From Mustelus asterias (Eukaryota), in contig NC_135824.1 of NCBI RefSeq assembly GCF_964213995.1, positions 52,700,001-52,764,000 of the forward strand: a stretch of 64,000 bases of DNA. Direction: 5' to 3'. Under the pieces are notes generated by a model. That model was not told where the DNA came from, did no database searches, and saw nothing but the letters and a program-made list of their open reading frames with translations. A program made the translations under genes and the position numbers. Shown here piece after piece: positions 37,992 through 49,709 of this stretch. Each line of letters opens with the position of its first letter. Within the stretch, counting starts at the first letter, position 1.

Positions 37992-38499
37992 AAGACTCCA
38001 GGCGCAATAATACACTGCCGAATGATTCACCCGCAGGCTGGAGGATTCCAGGTTGAACTCGGAGCCAGTCGGTCGCTTGGCGGTGAAACTGTCCACTGTC
38101 CCCTTTGGATTCACGTCTTGCACAACTGCGGAGTGAAACATCAACTGGGGCTCCTTGCCGGGGTGTTGCCTGTACCAGAACCTCCTACCAGCGCTGCTGC
38201 CCTCCACGGTGCATTTCAGAACCACTCCGTCCCCGGGATGTTTCGAGACAGCAGCGGGAAACTGGAGGAAATTCTCTGAGTTCACGCCTGAGTAAAGTAC
38301 GGGGAGAGAAAGAAGTCAATAAACAGAGACATTCCCGTAGTGGGGAGAGCAAAAAGGGAATGAATGATAAAAGCGACAAAGGCAACAGAGAGACAGAAAG
38401 TGAGGAAGATGGAGGGTGGGGGGGGGGGGGGGGAGCACGAATTTCTGAGTAAATATTCTTACAATGAAATAAAATCACCAAACCCAGGACCAGGTACAT
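37992..38499 (-). CDS. TRBV: TCR beta V segment Vc1, TRBV30-like. Leader 38499-38463, V exon 38287-37992
   Basis: Leader MYLVLGLVILFH followed by GTAAG. V exon ...LKCTVEG...FWYRQ...QLMFHS...KRP...YYCAWSL shares the CTVEG, QLxFxS, RP and CAWS motifs I recall from mammalian TRBV30. Confidence 0.92.
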
Positions 38500-40245
38500 C
38501 TTTTGCTTGACACCTCCCGCCGAATAACGGAAGAAATTAATCCAGGAGCGCTGAGTCTGGTGAGGAGCCAATCAGGTGTTCTAAACCACTGAGGAAACGA
38601 TCAAGATCGCAAGGTAATGAGGACCATTTCGACGCGCCCCTTCCAACCAATCAAAATTTATATAATTGATAATTTCCTATTGCCCTTCCTATATTTGCTA
38701 CGCAAATGCAATTAAACCCAACTTCATAATAGCCAGAAGTGTATTTACCGATTTAATTATATTTGGATCGTTTCCATTTGATCGTATGGGCAGCACGTTG
38801 GCACAGTGGTTCGCACTGCTGCCTCACAGCGCCAGGGACCCGGGTTCGATTCCCGGCTTAGGTCACTGTCGGTGTGGAGTTTGCACGTTCTCCCCGTGTC
38901 TGCGTGGGTTTCCTCCGGGTGCTCTGGTTTCCTCCCACAGTCTGAAAGACGTGCTGGTTAGGTGCATTGACCCGAACAAGCGCCGGAGTGTGGCGACTGG
39001 GGGAATTTCGCAGTAACTCCATTGCAGTGTTAATGTAAGCCTTACTTGTGACTAATAAATAAACTTTAACTTTAAAATACGTAACAGTTTCGATGGGCTG
39101 AATGGCTTTGCTTGTTCCGATGGAACTGGCTGGGGGGGATGCTCTTGAGATTGGTTGAATTACATTGGTCTTCCGTGTAACAGCCTCGGGAAGGGCTAAA
39201 CGTCTCCCCCCTTTTCCTTTGTATCAGGCTCGATTGGGGATGCATGGTCACCTCCTCTTCCTTTGTAACAAGTTCGAGGGGCTGAATGGCCTCACCCTCT
39301 TCCTTGGTAGCAGGCTCGAGAGAGAGAGCCTCATCCTGATCCGTCGACATACGTTTTCAGTCACTGAAGTCTCTGCTTGTCAAAGAACGCCCCTTTCTCT
39401 CCCTGTGGGGAAAGAAACCGCTGGCAGTGGATCAAGAGAAAATGTTGTGTTATTCTCCCCTTCATTCTATGTACCATTTGGTCATTGGTTCATTCTTGCC
39501 TGGTCCCTTTGCTTCTTCCTAACTTTCCTCCCTGCTTAAGCAAGTCGTTTTGTCCATCTCATTAGTAACGCACAACTGGATTGTAGAATTTCTAACACAT
39601 TCCTCCTCCTAATGGACTAGGAGTGACATTTCTAAGTGACATTTAAAAAATAACTGGAAACACTCAGCAGGTCAGGGAGTCTCTGTGGAGAGAAAAACCG
39701 AGTTAATAGTTCAGACCAGTGACATTTCATCAGAACTGATATTTCTTTCTCCCTCATCTGGTTATCCGGCTCCACAAATCATTAAAAACGAAGAGGACAA
39801 AAAGGATCATGAAATGTTTTCCAAAGATAAATTTTGCATCCAGGAAACTGGAATACAGTTCCAAAATGGAGGAAGTCCTACTTGAGTTGTTACAGAACTC
39901 CGGGCAGCTGGAACACCTCGTTCAGTTTTAAGCAGCACATTTAGCAAAGGTGATTGGGGCTTAGAGAGAATGCACAGTGGAATATACTGAATAATTTTGG
40001 GGCTTAAAGAGTTAAATCATGAGGACAGTTCATAAAAGGTTGCCTGCACTCCGCTGAGTATAAAGAATTAAGGAGTGAACTCATTTAGTTATTTTTAGCC
40101 CGTTTCAAAATGGTTGATAATGTGGAAATAACAATATAATTTCCTGTGGTGCCGTCGTCCAGATCAAAGACGGATAATCCCAAAATTAAAGACAACCTCT
40201 TCAGACCATAACACCTGGGGAAACGTAAAGTTTAAAATTTATTTA

Positions 40246-40612
40246 TGATGTGGAGATGCCGGTGTTGGACTGGGGTGGTTAGAGCAAACAGTCTCACAAC
40301 ACCAGGTTAAACTCCAACAGGTTTATTTGGAATCAAGAGCTCTCGGAGTGTTGCTCCTTCCTCAGGTGAATGTTGATATGCGCGATCTTCTTGGAGGTCC
40401 TCTCCTCTTTGAGACGGCGGTTTGCCGTGTCAGTAGTAGCCATGATGTGGGGATGCCGGCGTTGGACTGGGGTGGGCACAGTAAGAAGGCTCACAACACC
40501 ATATTAAAGTCCAACAGGTTTATTTGGAATCACGAGCTTTCGGAGCGCTGCTCCATCCTCAAGTGAGTGACACACTCACTTTGACTTTAACCTGGTGTTG
40601 TGAGACTTCCTA
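40246..40612 (-). mobile_element. Two tandem Penelope pseudo-LTR fragments with degenerate hammerhead cores; paralog at ~56320-56685
   Basis: Two copies of atgtgg.gatgccgg.gttggactggggtgg...tttatttggaatca. Confidence 0.75.
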
Positions 40613-41599
40613 AAGTTTAATTGTGAGCGTTACAAATATTAACTCTGCAATGAAGTTACTGTGAAAACCCACTAGTCGCCACACTCCGGTGCCTGCTTGT
40701 GTACACAGAGGGAGTATTTAGCATGACCAATGCACCTTAACCAGCACGTCTTTCAGACTGTGGGAGGGAAGCGGAGCACCCGGAGGAAACCCACGCAGAC
40801 TCGAGGAGAACGTGCAGACTCCACACAGACAGTGACTCAAGCACGGGAATCGAACCCGAATCCCTGGCGCTGTGAGGCAGCAGCGCTTGTCACTGTGCCA
40901 AGGTGTGCAGTTCAAATTCAAATGATAATTCTGAATTTGAAAGCTACTGTCAGTAATGGTGCCCATGAAACTATCATGGTATATTGTAAATACCCACCTG
41001 GTTCACTAATGTCCCTGTAGGGAAGGAAATCTGCCGTCCTCACGACCGACACGTCACTCCGGATCCACAGCAATGTGCTTGACTTCTAACTGCGCTAATG
41101 GTCTATCAAGCCCATCATTTCAAGGGCAATTAGTTATGGGCAACAAATCCTGACCTTGCCGTCGGCACCCACATTAAACCAAATATTTAAAAAAACGTCT
41201 TTATTCAAAAGGTAGTGGAAGTGTGGAACATCCACCAGATACATCACTGTCTTATGCTCACGGTTTCCTCAATGATTTGTGATGAAGAGTTAAACGGACT
41301 CGAAACGTTAAATATTTTTCTCTCACGACAGATGCTGCCAGACCTGCTGAGGCTTCCCAGCTTTCTCTGTTTTGCTCCTGAACTATTTGTTTTGCTCAGA
41401 ATCAAATTCACCCACACGTGGAAACCAGCTCCCCCTGCTGACTGAATTTGCTCACTCCCTCAGCAACAGGATGTACTGAAATTCGACTGCAGCAGCATAT
41501 CCTTCTATTTCTCTCTTCCACGTGTCTTTATGCAACTTCTCCTGAAAAGCAAAGACGCTACTCACCCCAATCCAACTTCGAAGCAGCGAGGTTCGCAAT

Positions 41600-42332
41600 C
41601 CACATTCTTAAGAGTATTGATAGGCAGAGGGAACTGGGTGTACAGGTACACAAGTCACTGACAGTGGCAACGCAGGTGGAGAAGGTAGTCAAGCAGGCAT
41701 ACGGCATGCTTGCCTTCATCAGTAGGGTCATTGAGTTTAAAAATTGGCAAGTCATGTTGCAGCTTTATAGAACCTTAGTTAGGCCGCACTTGGAATATAG
41801 TGTTCAATTCTGGTCGCCACGTTACCAGAAGGATGTGGAGGCTTTGGAGAGGGTGCAGAAAAGATTTATCAGGATGTTGCCTGGTATGGAGGGCATTAGC
41901 TATGAGGAGAGGTTGGAGAAACTTAGGTTGTTCTCACTGGAACGACGGAGGTTGAGGGGCGACCTGAGAGAAGTCTACAAGATTATGAGGGGCATGGACA
42001 GATGGATAGTCAGAAGCTTTTTCCCAGGGTGGAAGAGTGAATTACTAGGGGGCATAGGTTTAAGGTGCGAGAGGCAAGGTTTAAAGGAGGTGCACGAGGC
42101 AAGTGTTTTACACAGAGGGTGGTGGATGCCGGGGGAGGTAGTGGAACGAGATACGAAAGTGACATTTAAGGGACGTCCTGACAAATACATGAATCGGATG
42201 GGAATAGAGGGATACTGTCTCTAGAAGGGTAGGGGTTTTTATTTCAGTCGGGCAGCATGGTGGGTGCAGGCTTGGAGGGCCAAAGGGCCTATTCCTGTGC
42301 TGTAATGTTTTTGATCTTCGTTCTTTGTTGTA
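41600..42332 (+). mobile_element. CR1/HER1-like LINE 3' fragment; paralog at ~57676-58407
   Basis: LYRTLVRPHLEYSVQFWSP, LFSLERRRLRGDL.EVYKIMRG. Confidence 0.9.
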
Positions 42333-42718
42333 AAAACAATTTCTACACAATTCCCAGTTAAATGTTTGAATGCCGATCTTTTATTTATGAGGCCTTGTGT
42401 TGGTCTTTCACTCAAGTGAAAATATGTTCCCTCTGTCTAATCCATTCAACCTTCAAATTATCTATCAGGTCCACTTCAAACTTCTCTTCAGTCGAAACGA
42501 ATATGGGCAGCCTTCCCAATAAGTTACAATCCCTCAGTTCTGGGAACATCCTTGCGAATATTCCCTTTCACCTTTTCCAGTGTTCCTCAAACTAATCGGT
42601 CATTTTCATTGTAACCCTTGACTTTTATTGTCAATAACATGTTCACTCGACAAGACAACATGGTGAGGCGAACCACCGCGCAGAGTTGTCAGCGACAGCT
42701 ATTTCCTGCTGCCTTTGG

Positions 42719-42757
42719 GGTTTTTGTTGAGCTGCTCCATCTCTCTGAGCCACTGTG
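42719..42757 (-). other. 23-RSS of Vd1 (consensus)
   Basis: CACAGTG (42757-42751), 23 nt, ACAAAAACC (42727-42719). Confidence 0.95.
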
Positions 42758-43233
42758 ACTACTCCAGGCGCAGTAATACACGGCCGAGTGATTCGCCAGC
42801 AGGCTGGGGGCATTCAGCTTGAACTCATTGATATTCGGTCTCACGGCGGTGAAGCCGTCCACCGTCCCTTCTGAATTCACGCTTTGTGCGGATAAAGAAT
42901 AAAACATCAGCTGCAGCCCGCTGCCCGGATATTGTCTGTACCAGTACATGTAACCGCTACTGGCTCCCTTAGCTTCACAATCCAATTTCACTCCATCCCC
43001 AACGAGTTTGGAGACAGCGGCGGGGGTCTGATGGATCTCCACTGAGTTCACATCTGGAAAAGAAATGGGGTGGGTAGGAGGTTAATAAATATTGAAATTC
43101 TGGTGGTGAAACAGCAAAAGGAAATAAAAGAAATCACTTGAGGGAGAAGGAAAGGAAATCATGAGAGATTGTTGTCCAGAGAAAAACATGACTTACATTG
43201 AAATAACACCGTGAGGCCTAGTAACACATACAT
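42758..43233 (-). CDS. TRBV: TCR beta V segment Vd1, TRBV30-like. Leader 43233-43197, V exon 43053-42758
   Basis: Leader MYVLLGLTVLFQ followed by GTAAGT; acceptor TTTTCCAG. V exon VEIHQTP...LDCEAKG...MYWYRQYPGSGLQLMFYS...YYCAWSS. Confidence 0.92.
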
Positions 43234-46167
43234 CTTTAATGTTAACCTGTGGTTGTGTTTGAAAAATATGCGGTAACACTCGAGACCAGTATTCTGGTGA
43301 GCCAACTCGGCGTCTGTCAAATCATTGAGAAAACCTGAAGGGCCAAAGGGAACCCCACCCTCCCTGGCAGAAAGACACGCCCTATTTCTATGATTCGCTG
43401 AAAGTGGGAGCAGGAAATGCCAAAAGGGGCAGAAACAAATGAAGCGAGTGTGCAAAGAAAACGGATAAAATATGAGCGAGAGATTCAGCAGGTCTGACAG
43501 CACCTATGGAGAGAGAATAGAGCCAACGTTTCCTCTCTGGACGTCACCTTCGTCCGCTCTGAAAAAGGGTATTCCAGGCTCGAAACGTTGGCTCGATACT
43601 CTCTCCACAGATGCGGTCAGGCCTGCAGAGATTATCCAGCATTTTCTGCTTTTGTTTCAGATTCCAGCATCCGTAGTATTTTGCCTTTGGACAAAGTGTG
43701 ACATCGCCCTAAGCAATTTAGAGTGGCGCACCTTCTAACTGGCGAGAGGATCTGTGGCGAAGGAAAGGAGTTCAGCGCCATAAATCACTAAATCCAGGCA
43801 GGCCTGGACAAAAAGGAATTCAAATTTTAATCGAATGCTCGCATTTGCGCCATGGGAACTGGCATATCAAAGGGGGGAAGTTTCCTTAAATTGTAACTGA
43901 ACTCTGGAACACTGGGCTCAGATCTGGGAAGGCACATCCAGACCAAACACAAAACACCCACATCCACGGGCGGCACGGTGGGCACAGTGGTTAGCATTGC
44001 TTCCTCACAGTGCCGGGGTCCCAAGTTGAAATCGCAGCTTGGGTCACTGTCTATGTGGAGTTTGCACGTTCTTCCCGTGTCTACGTGAGTTCTCTCCGGG
44101 TGCTCCGGTTTCCGCCCACAGTCCGATATATGTGCTGGTTAGGTGTATTGGTCATGCGAAATTCTCTCTCAGTGTACCCGAACAGGCGACGGGTGGATTT
44201 TCACAGTAACTTCATTGTAGTGTTAATGTAAGCCGACTTGTGACACTAGTAAATAAAAGTAAAGCAGGATGTAGGGATTGCTAGAAAGGATTGCAAAATA
44301 GATTCACCAGCATGATATGGGGGCTTGTTTTACAATCCTGGGCGTCGCTGACAAGGGCACGAAATGTTGCGCATCCCGAATTGCCCTTAAAAAGTGAGTG
44401 GTATTCCAGAGGGCAGTTAAGAGACAACCACATTGATCTGACGTCAAATGCTTTTACAATAATCGACAATTATTCCGCGGTCACCATTACTTAGACCGGC
44501 TTTCAATTCCAAACTTCGTTTTTTGTTAATTCAATTCAAATTCCATTGGCTGCCAAGGTGAGTTCTGAACATTGCCCGCAAGAGCCCGAACTGCTGCACT
44601 AGTGGCCCAGTGACAGTAATACTACACCACGGGCTGCACCGACATCAACCAATAAATCATAAAGACAAGTTCCTTCAGCTTGTCTGCCTTCCCTTGTGTT
44701 CAAGAGGTTGAGGGAGGGGTGAACGTATTTGCATTTTTAGTATTTTAGAAGGAGAATTTGAGGTCAACTGAATAATGTCCTGCAGAGTTGGGAGACAGCA
44801 CCATACACTGTCACAATTAGAATCATAGAAACTCTACAGTGCAGAAAGAGGCCACCTGGCCCTTCGAGTCTGCACCGACCACAATCTCACCCTGGATCTA
44901 CCCGCTAATCCCTCTGACCTCCGCATTTCAGGACACTTAGGGGCAATTTTAGCATGGCCAATCAACCTAACCCGCACATCTTTGGACTGTGGAAGGAAAC
45001 CGGAGCACCCGGAGGAAATCCACGCAGACACGAGGAGAATGTACAAACTCCACACAGACAGTGACCCAAGCAGGGAATCGAACCCAGGTCCCTGGAGCTG
45101 TGAAGCAGTAGTGCTAACCACTGTGCTACCGTGCCGCAATTAGGGCCGAACCATTCAGAGGAGAGGTCACGAAACATTCCTTCACACAAACGGTAGGGGA
45201 ATTCTGGAACACTTTCCCCCACAGAGAATGGTCGAAGGCTGATGCTCAATTGGACATTTGAAGACTAAGATTGGTATAGGTTTCTTGGTTAGTGCGTTGA
45301 AAAATGTGGGCTAAAGGTGAGCGAGTATCGATCAGCTATGATCTCATTGTAAAGCATTGCGGTAATGTCACTCGACTGGTAATCCAGAGGTTAATGTTCC
45401 TCGGGCCCATATCCAACCACGGCAGTTGGTAAAATTTCAATCCAATACATTAGTACCAATCTGGAACCGTGAGCAAGGAAACATCAAGCTGATTGCCACC
45501 TACTGCCAGCAACCCACTCTGCAATGATAAATCAGTTCTCATCCATGTCGGAATGTCTGTTGGCATTCTCAGTCTGGCAAGAGCGCTCACTGCAACCTGG
45601 ATGGGGATTTTCAAATCCCAGCAACATTGCAGCTTGGTAGCACCTTCATTGGCCCAATCGGAAAGATCATAGCTGATAGGCTGAAGCTGCAAGAGGTGTT
45701 GAGAGGACCAATAAGAGGGCCAAGCCTATTCGACTTAATCCTTACCAAGTCACAATACTAATGGATTGCAAAAAGATCTGGTGGATCAAAACAGAGCATC
45801 CATGAGGCATGGTGGGTCACCGGCAGCAGTAGAATGCTGCCGGTGTAGGGTGCTATGGCTTGCTGAACTGTGCATGAGAAAGCTTGGTGGGAGTGCAGTG
45901 CTGAGGTGTCACTCCCTACGTACCAAAATGTCCAGTGAAATGTTTTCACCTTTAATGAACACGAGTAAAGAGTTGCTCTATGTGGGATCTTACTGCGCAA
46001 ACATGTAGCGCAATCACCTGGATTACAGAAATGAGTACACTTCAACAGAGATGATGCCTTGGCTGTGATAACCGTGGCGTTGAACCAGTGTCACACAAAC
46101 TCCCGACTACATTCGTTCAGAAAGTTGCACAGGTGTTGACCTAAGAATGACGCAGAGGGCGTTAAGA

Positions 46168-46816
46168 AGATTTTATGTGAGCTTGTGGCAGCTTTGTACC
46201 GTTGTGCTTTAGTTGCGACGCAGAAATAGGTCGCAGAGTCTGTCAGGCTGGGACTGTTCAGTTGCAGGGTGAAGTTGTTGCTCCCAGCATCAAGTTGGGT
46301 GGCGAAACGCGGCTGGAAATCGGGCCCACAGCCACCGTATCCGCTGCAAATCCACTCTATGGTGGCTCCCTGCTCCCTGTACCAGAACATTGTGTAAGAG
46401 CCCATACTATCTCCTACCAAATTGCAGAACAGACTAAGGGCCTGTCCCGGTCTGAGAGAAGCCGCAGGTGGGAACTGGGCTACGATGGGTGCCGCCCGAA
46501 CCCCTAAAGCAGATTTAATGTAAGAAAATCAGCTTAGAACAGTCGAATGATGCAGAAAAGAGGCCTTTCGGCCCATCATAATATACTTAGTTCTTTGAAA
46601 TTGCCATCAAATTACTCTCACCCTCCGTCTTTGGCACGTAGCCCTGAAAATCCCCTCAACTGCGTATCTATTCCATTTATAACCTTATTACGTCTTGCAG
46701 TCATTAATAAATTCGCGTAATTCATCGTATTTCGCTGTTGGCAGGGAATATTTGAGGCGAAAACACTTACAATACATCCAGTGCGCTACCAAAAAGCTGA
46801 GGAAGATGAAGGGTAT
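46168..46816 (-). pseudogene. TRBV: V segment Va2 (Cx5C group): V exon 46503-46207 is open, but the leader starts with ATA and the nonamer is degenerate
   Basis: V exon VRAAPIVAQFP...LFCNL...SYTMFWYRE...EWICSGYGGC...YFCVATK. Leader 46816-46771 begins ATA where the 62.8 kb copy has ATG, and there is an in-frame TAA upstream. RSS: CACAACG, 23 nt, ATAAAATCT. Confidence 0.82.
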
Positions 46817-48167
46817 TCTAGGTGAGAAATCTGTTGCCTTTCTGATGAGGTAACAAGGAAGGATAATGAGTTACCAGTAAAATGACCCCATTCAACGGAA
46901 ATGCAACCGGATGCAATCGAACTGCGCCTGAAGATCGGCCAACCAATCGTGTGCCTGGGCCACATAGGTCAGCAGTTTGAGCACATAAGGACCATATCAT
47001 TTGCTTCTGCTTGTTATTTTGCGAAATCGTGGGTCAGCACAGAAGGCGAACTCCGAAATTAGAGGGTCACTTCCGGCCTGGCAGTGTAAGCAATGTTTGT
47101 CTCTCAATGTATCGCTCGGAAGGAAAATATTAGCTGGGCTTTGCATTGGGTAATTTTGGGATCTTCCTCTGTAGATGCAGGCTGCCGCCCTTAGTACACT
47201 ACAGTGTTGTATGAACTTTTTAAACATTGCAGCAAAGCACATAGAGCAGAGAAAGTGCACGAGCTTCTTGCTTGATGCAGAGAGGTATTGAACACAAAAG
47301 CGGGCGATTGCAAAAAAATCTTTCTAAAGTTCTCATTGGCCAATATCTAGATTATTGTGTCCATTTCCGGTCGCCAGAATTTAGGACGGATGCCAGAGTC
47401 TTTGAGAAGACGTAGAGGGGATTTATAACAATTGTTCCGGGATGAGGAAATTTCACTACAAAGTTAAATTGGAGAATCTCGGATTGCTGTCCTTGGAATG
47501 AAGGGGATTGAAGAGAGATCTGACCAAAATGAGGACAGGTTAAGATACGATCGACAAAGGAAACGTACTCCCGGGTTAGGTGGATTGGCCGAGCAAAATT
47601 GTCCCTTAATGTCAGGGAGACTAGCTAGGGCAAATGTATGCGGTTATGGGGATAAGGCCTGGGTGGGATTGTGGTGAGTGCAGACTCGATGGGCCGAATG
47701 ACCCACTTCTGCACTGTAGGATTCTATGATTCAATGTTCTATGATTAGCTGATGGTTCGAGAACGCGGGAACGCAGATGCAACACTTTTGTTTGTTACAG
47801 CGGGAATATGAGGAGAAATGCTATGGCGCAGCGGATGGTAATGTGTTGGAACACGCGGCCTCCAGGGTGGTTGACACTGAGGCAATCAACTCAAAAGAAA
47901 TCGAGTTAACACTGAAGGGGAGTACAATGCAGAGCTACAGGGATATAGCGGGGGAATGGATCTAATGAGATTGTTCTGGAGAACCAGTGTAGATTTCATG
48001 GGAGGAATAGTCGCCTCTTGTGACGGAATGACCTGTGATTAGCTCGCTGCAAAGATGAGCCGTCTTGGAAAGGTAACGTTTCTACACAAATAGAATCTCG
48101 CTCATTCTCTTACTGAGCTTTGCATATCACGCCGGTGGGTTTTGAGCGCATCTGGGAATGGTGCGGA

Positions 48168-48206
48168 CGTTTTTGTATCAGTCTACAGCAGGGCTGTGCC
48201 TCTGTG
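48168..48206 (-). other. 23-RSS of Vb2
   Basis: CACAGAG (48206-48200), 23 nt, ACAAAAACG (48176-48168). Confidence 0.9.
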
Positions 48207-49709
48207 TTAAACTAGCTGCGCAGTAATAGGTTGCCGAGTCTGTCAGCTTGGAGTCTCTCAGCTGGAGGCTAAAGCGGTTGTTGTTGGGGTCGTGTTGCAC
48301 TGTGAAGCGCTGCTCAAAAGCTGTGTCACAGCTGCCTGATTCAAGGCACATCCACTCTATTGTCTTCCCCTGCTGCCTGTACCAATGCATTGTGTAGCTG
48401 CTCATGCTGGCTCCCTCCAACCTGCAGCTCAAATCGAGAGGCTGTTCCTGTAAAATAGCAGCCGCGACTGGAGACTGGAGCACAGTGGGTGCAGCCCAAA
48501 CCCCTGGAATATATTTTAAGAAGGAGAAATAGATTAGAAGCAGATCTTTAAAACGTTAACAGACAATTATAGAATTTGTCAGTGGAGAAGGAGACGATTC
48601 GGCCAATAACATCGACAAGAACTGCCTATTAGGACTGTGGGCCTAATGGCTACACGACTATAAGACCATAAGACATAGGAGCAGAGTTGGGCCACTCTGC
48701 CCGTCGTGTGTGCTCCGCCATTCAACCGTGACTGTTATTTTTCTCATCCCCATTCTCCTGCCTTTTCCCCATAACACCTGATCCCCTTATTAATCAAGAA
48801 CCTGAACCCTCGGGACACGGGAGCAAATCTTAGCACGTCAGTTTTTTTTCGGAACTTCAATGAATAAATATTATTCACTTCAAATATATATGGAAAGGAA
48901 AGATAGTCTCAATAATTGTTGCCATCGAGGATTGGTGATTGTTGATAGAAACCTATTTTGTTCCCGCTCAGTCGGAAATGCAGCCAGCATAATCAAGGAC
49001 CCCACGCAACACGGACATACACTCTTCCACCTTCTTCCGTCGGGAAAAATATACAAAAGCCTGAAAACCCTCACCAACAGACTCAAGAACACTTTTTTCC
49101 ATGCGATCATCAGACGTTTTTGAATGATCCTGTCATATATCAAGCTGATCTTTCTCTTCATCCTACCTGTAACTGCAACATTATATTCTGAGCATGTTCC
49201 TTTCCTTGTACCCTATGTACTCGACGAGCGATATGTTTTGTCTGTATGGCGCGAAATATTGTAACCCAATATATGTTACAATAATAATCAAATCAAATCA
49301 ATGCTCCTTAGGGAAGGAAATCTGCCGGTGTCACCTGGCCGGGCCTGCATGTGACTCTGGATCCAGGATGGTTGACCCTACTGCTCTCAAGACAAGTTGG
49401 GATGGGCAAAAATCGCCTGCATCGCGAGCGGCAACCGAATTCCATGAAATCATTTAAAAGGCCAATTACGTTAATTTGCCGCAGTTCTGACCCAATGCCC
49501 TCCGAATCCGCCCCTTCCACACCTGTGAGCATTGATGCAATTTCATTTCGAAAACTAATATGGAACATGCGGCCCAATTAAGGATAATTGCGATTCCCCC
49601 TTTCCGCTGTTGGTAAAAAAAATGATTTCGACAACCAGCACTTACAACCAATCCAGTGTCCGAGAGAAAAGGTGGCAAAGATTGTGATAGTTTCGGCTGA
49701 GATTGCCAT
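48207..49709 (-). CDS. TRBV: V segment Vb2, Cx5C short-CDR2 group. Leader 49709-49646, V exon 48503-48207
   Basis: Leader MAISAETITIFATFSLGHWIG followed by GTAAGT. V exon ...SYTMHWYRQQGKTIEWMCLESGSC...YYCAASL is fully open. Confidence 0.88.

Larger units (their letters stand above)
29996..45849. repeat. Tandem segmental duplication, unit 1 (~15.85 kb; Va-Vb-Vc-Vd cassette)
   Basis: Colinear with 45850-61873; similarity begins at gtgctatgg (29996 / 45850 / 61874). Confidence 0.93.

Noticed and set aside
41279-41310. Further hammerhead-like motifs (here, ~43558-43590, 40.3-40.6 kb and unit-2 paralogs)
   Set aside because: The catalytic core or stems are mutated (GUGAUGA, CUGAAAA, UUGAGGA), so they are probably inactive relics.
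41448-42224. 258-aa ORF (and the paralog at 57604-58380) as a host gene
   Set aside because: A frameshifted CR1 ORF2 C-terminal fragment.
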